A stretch of DNA of 64,000 nt from Pirellulales bacterium (GTDB lineage Bacteria > Planctomycetota > Planctomycetia > Pirellulales > PALSA-1355). Shown piece after piece: positions 57,381-64,000 of this stretch (the stretch's first letter is position 1; every line of letters starts with the position of its first letter). The position numbers and the translations under genes are program-made. Location of the stretch: positions 320,001-384,000 of the forward strand of contig CAVTBU010000008.1 of assembly GCA_963733035.1 (NCBI GenBank), given 5' to 3'. The notes below the pieces were generated by a model that was given only the letters and a program-made list of their open reading frames with translations, was not told the DNA's origin and did no database searches.

Positions 57381-57601
57381 GTTGTACTTTACGGCTCACT
57401 GGCTCGAGCAAGCCTGAAAAGTGCACGAAATAAACTTCCCGCGTGCGTGGGCATCGAGTCAATCGTACGGTTCCCACAACTCGGTGTAATCATTGACGCA
57501 AATGACGGCAATCGCGGACCAAACCATCCACAGGTTGCCGGCCGAACTTTGCCTGGGTTAAGAAGTCACTCGGAAGGTTGAAGCGTTTCGCGGGCTTGCC
57601 T

Positions 57602-59179
57602 TCAATTGGGCCGGCTCATGTGTATCAGCCAGTCCTCGTTCAATTCAACGTGCTTGATTGCGTAGCGGCGGTAGGTGTAGGTCAGGTGCAACCGGCCGTC
57701 GGTCGATTGGATGATCGAAGGGTAAGAGTACTCACCCGGATTCGACTCCAACCGCAGTGGCTTCTCCCAGGTTCGGCCTTCGTCGATTGATCTGGTGATC
57801 GACAGCGGCGTACGGCTGGTCTGCGAGTCGTTATAGACCAACACCAGGTGGCCATTGGTCAACCGCGTCATGGTGATGCCGGAGTCAGGGTTCTCCAGTG
57901 GCGTGTCAACCGCCCTGTTCCAGGTCAGCCCACCGTCGGAGGATTCCACCTGGGTGATGTGCCGGGCGTGGCGCAGCAGCGCTAAGATCGAATTGTCGCA
58001 ACGCTGGACCACGGCCGGCTGGCTGCCACCGTCGGTGAAGCCGGCCCGTTGCCAAGTCGAGGTGTCGCTGGGCAGTCGCAAGAAGTGGGAGCCCTCGACC
58101 TTACCCTGCAGACCTTCCACTGGCAGCAGCAGCGTCTTGTCAGCCAACACAATCGGTGGATTGCGCGGCACACACCACAACTCCTCGTCGAACATCGGGC
58201 GGTCTTCGCTCCAGGTCACGCCCTGATCGGTCGAAGTTCTCGCAAACAGCCGACAACGGTCCCAACCGCCGCCTCGCCGCATCGGCCGCGTTCCTTCCAT
58301 CCGGCACCAGACGATCCACAGTCGCTCGGTCGTGTCGCGAAAAATAACGCCGTTGCCCGGCGGGGCCACGGCGTTCTGCAGCAACACCTGTGGCGTGCTC
58401 CAGCGTTTATCGTCGGGCCGCTTTCGAGCCAGAAAGATCGCCTGATCGTCGGCGCTCTCATAGCTGCCGCCGTACCATAGGCACAGCAGGTCGCCGTTAG
58501 CCGCCTCGCAGATTGTCGAGCAGTGGTGTGCCGGCGCCAGCGGAATGCTTTCAAAGACCTGCTCGGCCGCAAACCAAATCGAACCGTAGGGGTTGTCGGA
58601 TTTTGGAGCTGAGCCAGGCTTGTCGAGTGGCGTGCCCTCGACGGGCATCGTGGACGTGGCGAGCGGTCGTTTGGCCAGGACGCTTTCGATGGCGGCGGCG
58701 AACCCGCGCCGCGCCGCGCCGTCTTGCAGTCCACCGTGGTAGACCAAAACGCCGCGTCGGTCGAGCAGATAGACCTCCGGTACAAAACGAGCGCCGAAGT
58801 GTTTCACCGTTTTCCCCTCTGGGTCGCGATAGAGCGGAAAGATCGTGCCCCGCGCCTGGGCAAACGCCCGTAGCTCGTCGCCGTTCTCCTCCGGGTTGGG
58901 GCAGACACCCACGAATAGCACGCCGCGGAGGCGGTGCTTGCGATAGAGCTGATTGAGGTCGGCCATAACCGAATCGGTCGTTTCACTCCGGCTCGACAGA
59001 AAGACCACCGCCGTGGCAGGACGCTCCGCGTAGTTGTCCATCACGATCTGTGGACCAAGCACCGATGTCAGTGTGACCGGGCCCGCCGCGGAGCCAGGCT
59101 CCAACGCCCGAGCCGTGACGGGGCCGAGGGTCAGCAATGCCGCGCCAGCGCAAACAATGTGTCGCAAGGTGTCGTTCAT
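57602..59179 (-). CDS. Redoxin-like domain + BNR/sialidase-like domain fusion
   Basis: FPLYRDPEG...FVPEVYLLD...YHG; Asp boxes STDQGVTW, SSDGGLTW, SIDEGRTW; EYSYPS. Confidence 0.85.
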   Translation of the reverse strand: MNDTLRHIVCAGAALLTLGPVTARALEPGSAAGPVTLTSVLGPQIVMDNYAERPATAVVFLSSRSETTDSVMADLNQLYRKHRLRGVLFVGVCPNPEENGDELRAFAQARGTIFPLYRDPEGKTVKHFGARFVPEVYLLDRRGVLVYHGGLQDGAARRGFAAAIESVLAKRPLATSTMPVEGTPLDKPGSAPKSDNPYGSIWFAAEQVFESIPLAPAHHCSTICEAANGDLLCLWYGGSYESADDQAIFLARKRPDDKRWSTPQVLLQNAVAPPGNGVIFRDTTERLWIVWCRMEGTRPMRRGGGWDRCRLFARTSTDQGVTWSEDRPMFDEELWCVPRNPPIVLADKTLLLPVEGLQGKVEGSHFLRLPSDTSTWQRAGFTDGGSQPAVVQRCDNSILALLRHARHITQVESSDGGLTWNRAVDTPLENPDSGITMTRLTNGHLVLVYNDSQTSRTPLSITRSIDEGRTWEKPLRLESNPGEYSYPSIIQSTDGRLHLTYTYRRYAIKHVELNEDWLIHMSRPN

Positions 59180-59380
59180 GGAGTGGTTCCAAGGGCGGAT
59201 CAGTCGGTGTTGGGAGTTCAGCGGCCGGCGAGGGAAACGTCGAATAACCTGCACTATATCTGCCGGTCCCGCGTGTCTCAATGCACGCCCACCGCTGCCG
59301 CTAAATCTGGGTCCGGCCGAGCTTCCCATACGCCGAGTGCGCCGGATTGGACAGGCCACAAGTCATGCCATCAATGCTGG

Positions 59381-61102
59381 TCACTGGTCTTGCTTCAGCG
59401 ATGCTTCGACGCGGTCTAGCCGACAATTCAGCCGGTTGAAAGCAAACAGCGCGAGTCCGAGAAAGCACGCGTAGAGCACGCCGATCTTCGCCGGCCAAAT
59501 CGACGCGGCGCCCACGACGCCCGTGAATGTCATCAGGTCGACCATGCGCGCGCAAATGCGCATCGAGTCCGTGCTTGAAGGAAGCCCAACTTGCGGGTTG
59601 CGAAGTGCATACCACACATTGAGCACGGCAACACTACAAATGAGGATTCCGATTGGTGCAAACAGCGTGATCCGCGCCGACGACCAGGAATACTGATCGA
59701 CCGCCTTCGCATCATACAGGCCTAGCAGCACTCCCGCCTGAGCAGACGCTCCCCACGCCATGATGAAGACCAGCAGGAATACGCTGTAGACGAACGAGAG
59801 TCCCCGCCGCCTCGCTTGAACTCCATCGTGATATCGCGTGGCCTGGAACAAGGCGAATACGTACAGCAATCCCAATAGCACGCCGACGGTGATGAAATTC
59901 TCGCGAGCCATCAAGTAGACAGCAAGAAACACGCCCAGGGCCAGCGCACTCGTCTCGCACCATCGTCGATACATTGAGAGTCCGCTGTTTTGGCCCGCCT
60001 CGCGATTCTCGTCGACTTGGCGGGTCGCCCAATACAGGACAACCACGTAAGCCAAGCCCAAGTTAAATCCAGATTGGAGCTCCCACATCTTCCACCAGTC
60101 GACCAGGTTCGGCGCATACGAATAGCCCAAGCACCAGAGAGCCGCCAGCGAAAAGCCCGCGCCAAAACCCACTCCAATCACCAATCCGGCAAACAGCGTA
60201 TACCGATCTCGCCCGATGGCCGCGACCAGTAACGCGCCAATCCACCAGCCGACGACAATCGCGTTTTGCGAATTGGTGTAAACGGTCCTCCCCAGGTGGC
60301 GTCCAAGATCTCCGGCAAGACCGAGCTGGTCGTTCGGAAAGAACAACCACCGGGAAATGAGCAGCAAGAGTACGATCATTGCTGCAACGGCGCCGAGGGA
60401 TATCCCGCGAGCGGTCCAGCCGCTCCGCAAGCCTCCTGCGTTGGCATACCAAGCCAATACGCCAAGCGACGCACTGGCGAACCAGGCAACAATCATATTT
60501 CGTTGCGCGTTTGCGGCCGAGGCCGCGTCGACCACGCCGTCGACTTCGGGAACGTACACGCCGAGGTGCCAATTCGGAAAAAATAGCCACGGCCACGTTT
60601 GCACCGCGAGCCGCGCGAGGATCGCAAGGCCCACCGGAATCAACAATCGGGCCAGCCAGACGCCAAGCGACTTCTTGCCGGCCAGCGCCCAGCCCAGGGC
60701 AATTCCACCGAAACCGCCCCAGCCGATGCCGCACATCGCAAACCACGCATAGCCGAGCCAGGGAGCGATGGGCACGACATCATCGCTTACGTTGAACGTG
60801 CCGCGAATCCACGAAACGTATTGCCCATAGCCGAGCTCGCCGCCCAGCGCGATTCCCAGCCCTAGCCACAACGGAACGCCGCGCGCGTCGATGCCTTTGC
60901 GCCAGCAGATGTACCACCACCAGACGCCCCAGGTCATCCCGGGCACAATTGCACCCTCGATGCCGCCCCAGCCGCTCGTGCCGCGAATCGCCCAGGTGAT
61001 CGCGCCCATGCTCGCAAAGATCAACATCGTGAGCAGAACCTCACCGATCGAAATGCGATTGGCACGATATCGTTGATACGTCTGCGCGTCGGCGATATTC
61101 AC
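59381..61102 (-). CDS. Polytopic membrane protein of unknown function
   Basis: 573 aa with many TM segments; WAIRG, GGELGYGQY and WWKMWE motifs. Confidence 0.8.
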   Translation of the reverse strand: MNIADAQTYQRYRANRISIGEVLLTMLIFASMGAITWAIRGTSGWGGIEGAIVPGMTWGVWWWYICWRKGIDARGVPLWLGLGIALGGELGYGQYVSWIRGTFNVSDDVVPIAPWLGYAWFAMCGIGWGGFGGIALGWALAGKKSLGVWLARLLIPVGLAILARLAVQTWPWLFFPNWHLGVYVPEVDGVVDAASAANAQRNMIVAWFASASLGVLAWYANAGGLRSGWTARGISLGAVAAMIVLLLLISRWLFFPNDQLGLAGDLGRHLGRTVYTNSQNAIVVGWWIGALLVAAIGRDRYTLFAGLVIGVGFGAGFSLAALWCLGYSYAPNLVDWWKMWELQSGFNLGLAYVVVLYWATRQVDENREAGQNSGLSMYRRWCETSALALGVFLAVYLMARENFITVGVLLGLLYVFALFQATRYHDGVQARRRGLSFVYSVFLLVFIMAWGASAQAGVLLGLYDAKAVDQYSWSSARITLFAPIGILICSVAVLNVWYALRNPQVGLPSSTDSMRICARMVDLMTFTGVVGAASIWPAKIGVLYACFLGLALFAFNRLNCRLDRVEASLKQDQ

Positions 61103-61659
61103 GATTGCGTCAGGTGACCGTCGAAAGATAAAAGTGCCTCGTCAACTACCGCGTCAATATCCCGACTTCGGCCACGTCCAAGCGCTGACTCCAAGGGAGC
61201 TGCGACTCGTCAATCGGATCCCATGTCAAACGCAGCGAGCTATCGGCGATCAATTCGGCCGGAACCGAAAACTCCTGGAACTGTCCAGTCTGCCGCGTCC
61301 AAATCATCGTCATCGACTCCGACGCATTGCCGCGACGACGCGTCGACTTGATGCGAGTCCAGATAGCCGGTATTTCGACTGCGTGTGCAGTCGGTTCAGC
61401 CGATGATACTCTGACGTGACGGCTGAATCCACGACCGCGTGACTCATATGCTCGCGATTACGAGTGCCACAGGAGCCGCGCGCCCATGCGATCGGTCGTC
61501 GATCGAGCGGCCGGGTACAAGTTAGGATCGAACGGCCTGCAACCTCGGCAGTCGCGCGCGTCGGAAGCCGGAGCGCCGCGCACGACCGAACTTGGCCGGT
61601 CGGCAGTCATCGCCGACCGGCCGGTGCGATCTTCCGCATGCATGCCACGTCCAGCCCCG

Positions 61660-62754
61660 TTACATCCGCCGCCGACGCCACCTCAAAACGCCCATGCCCA
61701 CCAGACCGGTCGCCAGCATGGCCAGCGTCGAGGGCTCCGGCACGCTGTGAAGCGGAGTATAGAACAGGCAATCCGCGGGCGAACCGTCTGGCAATGGCGC
61801 TGCTCCGATCCGGATAATCGACGGGTCGGCAGTCGTCACCGAGTTGTCCCAATTCGTCCCCACACCAGGCGTGGCGCCATGGTAGCTTCCATTCTCCCCC
61901 TGGAAGACGTAAAAGGCGCAGTCCGGCCCCACGGTTGCCAGGTCGCCATACGCGCCGCTGCCCGTCGCAATGTCGGTGATCGTCGGGACGCCCGTGTATC
62001 CGGGTCCCAAAACATATTGCGAAATCGTGCCGTCGTTGTTGTTGCTGTAGAGCGTGTCGCTCGTGGCCGTGGCGTTGAAGGCCAACCCGTCGGGATAGTG
62101 CGCGGTAGCGAAGGAATTGACGACTGAACCGGTGCTCGTGAGGATTGTGATCGTCTGGTTCGTCTGCCCAGTAATGGCGAGGTTTCCCGCCGGCCCCGAT
62201 ACCATTCCGTCGACCAGTGCGTTCGACGTGTAGATCAGCGTGTTCGTGCCACCTACCGGGTCGTAGATATAGACGTTGCTGTTGGAGCCACTATCCGTAT
62301 ACGCGATGCGTCCGTCGGGCATGGTCGTGATTCCGTATATCCCCGCGGCCGTTCCAGCCAATGTCTGCGCTGGGGCCGCCCAGTTGGATGGATCGAATCG
62401 CTGTAGCCCCGCGTTGGTCACCGCGTAGATGTAGCCGTCCAGGCCGTTGGTCATGCCCGTGCCGCTGGCCAAACCGGTGATCGTGTGCGTCGCGATCACG
62501 CCGTGTAGCGAAGTTCCTTGGTAAGTCGAGTTCTGCGTCGGGCTGTACTCGAGGATTGTGGCGCCGTTGCGCGAGAGCAGGTGATCGTTGCTGGTCCACG
62601 CCATTCCAGCGTAGGCCGAAGGGCCGGCATAAATCTCCTGGGTGAAGGCCGGGTCCAGGTACGGGAATTGATCGGCCAGCGCGCCAGTCGCAAGGATTGC
62701 ACTTACGAAACCGGCAAACAATCCAACGAAGGCCATACGAAATGCGCGTGTCAT
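61660..62754 (-). CDS. PEP-CTERM beta-propeller-like protein
   Basis: Signal peptide; VPEPSTLAML...RWRRRRM. Confidence 0.88.
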   Translation of the reverse strand: MTRAFRMAFVGLFAGFVSAILATGALADQFPYLDPAFTQEIYAGPSAYAGMAWTSNDHLLSRNGATILEYSPTQNSTYQGTSLHGVIATHTITGLASGTGMTNGLDGYIYAVTNAGLQRFDPSNWAAPAQTLAGTAAGIYGITTMPDGRIAYTDSGSNSNVYIYDPVGGTNTLIYTSNALVDGMVSGPAGNLAITGQTNQTITILTSTGSVVNSFATAHYPDGLAFNATATSDTLYSNNNDGTISQYVLGPGYTGVPTITDIATGSGAYGDLATVGPDCAFYVFQGENGSYHGATPGVGTNWDNSVTTADPSIIRIGAAPLPDGSPADCLFYTPLHSVPEPSTLAMLATGLVGMGVLRWRRRRM

Positions 62755-63115
62755 GAGCGAACTCCATCGAAACAGAGAAGAGGTCGGACAAGAAAGATCG
62801 GTCCAGGGGCGCGATTCAGGAAGGGCCGCCAACGCTCCGACTGGACGGCGCGATTATCCACTGGCGAATGACTAGCGCCTAGCTGGGCGTTTCAAATGGG
62901 CTGGTGGCAGATTCACCGAAGCAGGTCCACTCGCTTGCTGACAAGCGATCGTCAAGTTAGTTTGTACACAAAGTAATTTCGCGCTGAGCTGTAATGCAAA
63001 TCTCGAATTGGGCCGGGACCTTTGCCCGTGTCACGTCAAATGTATGGCAGCGCAAACGCCCGCGGCTAGAATGGCCCCAACTCCTCGATCCGATGTTCCT
63101 CGCTCCAGGTCACTC

Positions 63116-64000
63116 ATGTTGACAACGATCCAAATTCGAACCTTTGTTTTTGCCTGTCTCATGGCTGTCCTTTCGGCAGCAGGTGCCGTCGCACAGGAGA
63201 ACTGGACACGCTTCCGCGGCAGCGACGCCACGGGCGTCGTGCCAGACGATCCGCGGCTACCCGAAGTGTGGGATCAGGAAACGGGCGTCCTGTGGCAAAC
63301 CGACATCCCCGGTCGCGGCTGGGGCAGCCCGATCGTGTGGGGCGACCGCGTGTTCGTTTCGGCTGTGCATAGCGACGCCGACTACGAAGCCCCCAAGGCG
63401 GGCCTGTATCTCGGCCAAGGCCGGGGCGAACCGCCCGACTCGGTGCATCACTGGATGGTCTATTGCCTGAGCCTCGACTCGGGCGAGTTGCTCTGGAAGC
63501 ACGAGGCACACACCGGCAAGCCCGACGTGCCGCGGCATCCCAAAAACACCTATGCCGCCGAAACGCCGACGACCGATGGTCAACGGCTGTACGTGCTGTT
63601 TGGCGATGTCGGCCTCTATGCCTACGACTTTGACGGTAAGCCGCTTTGGACGCACAGCATCGAGCCCAAAAAGACTTTCTTCGGCTATGGCGCCGCCGCG
63701 TCTCCGGTCGTGCAGGACGATCAGGTGATCATGGTCTACGACAACCTCGAGGAGTCGTACATCGCCGCCTTCGATAGCGCCACCGGCGAGCCCCGTTGGA
63801 AAGTCCTCCGCGATGAGAAGAAGAGCTGGTCGACGCCGCTCGTGTGGCGGCACGACGGCCGCACCGAAATCGTCACCACTGGCGAGAAAGAGAACCGCTC
63901 GTACTCACCCGAAGGCGAACTGCTGTGGCATTTCGACGGCAAGATGTCGGTGCTGACCATCCCTTCGCCGCTAGCGGCCGACGGCTTGCTCTACATCACG
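63116..64000 (+). CDS. PQQ-binding-like beta-propeller protein (3'-truncated by window edge; absent from the ORF track)
   Basis: Own translation MLTTIQIRTF...QENWTRFRG...LWQTDIPGRGWGSPIVWGDRVFV. Confidence 0.88.
   Translation, partial: MLTTIQIRTFVFACLMAVLSAAGAVAQENWTRFRGSDATGVVPDDPRLPEVWDQETGVLWQTDIPGRGWGSPIVWGDRVFVSAVHSDADYEAPKAGLYLGQGRGEPPDSVHHWMVYCLSLDSGELLWKHEAHTGKPDVPRHPKNTYAAETPTTDGQRLYVLFGDVGLYAYDFDGKPLWTHSIEPKKTFFGYGAAASPVVQDDQVIMVYDNLEESYIAAFDSATGEPRWKVLRDEKKSWSTPLVWRHDGRTEIVTTGEKENRSYSPEGELLWHFDGKMSVLTIPSPLAADGLLYIT

Overview
GC-rich bacterial DNA, very likely a planctomycete (Pirellulales-like). The evidence is an unlinked 23S-5S rRNA unit with a short 5S, LEPRxLL-type exported proteins, ECF sigma/Ser-Thr kinase pairs and PEP-CTERM proteins. 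Bases 1-13487 are one arm of an integrative, phage-satellite-like element abutting the 3' end of tRNA-Phe; its other end lies outside the window. It carries an atypical tyrosine integrase, an excisionase, a Zn-finger/AP2 protein, a repeat-rich candidate origin, a primase-helicase, its own sigma-70-like factor, a lone tail-like protein and an HTH gene with three operators. Host genes follow: iscS, iscA/hesB, 23S-5S rRNA, rhlE, a diguanylate cyclase, two ECF-kinase modules and csrA. Two nearly identical IS3-family copies are present, one of which splits a small zinc-ribbon gene. Downstream of tRNA-fMet are three related repeats that begin at the tRNA 3' end and bracket two single-gene, integrase-free units, a candidate tRNA-anchored cassette array. 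About a dozen apparent frameshifts suggest indel errors in the assembly. All family calls are from motif recognition, not database searches.
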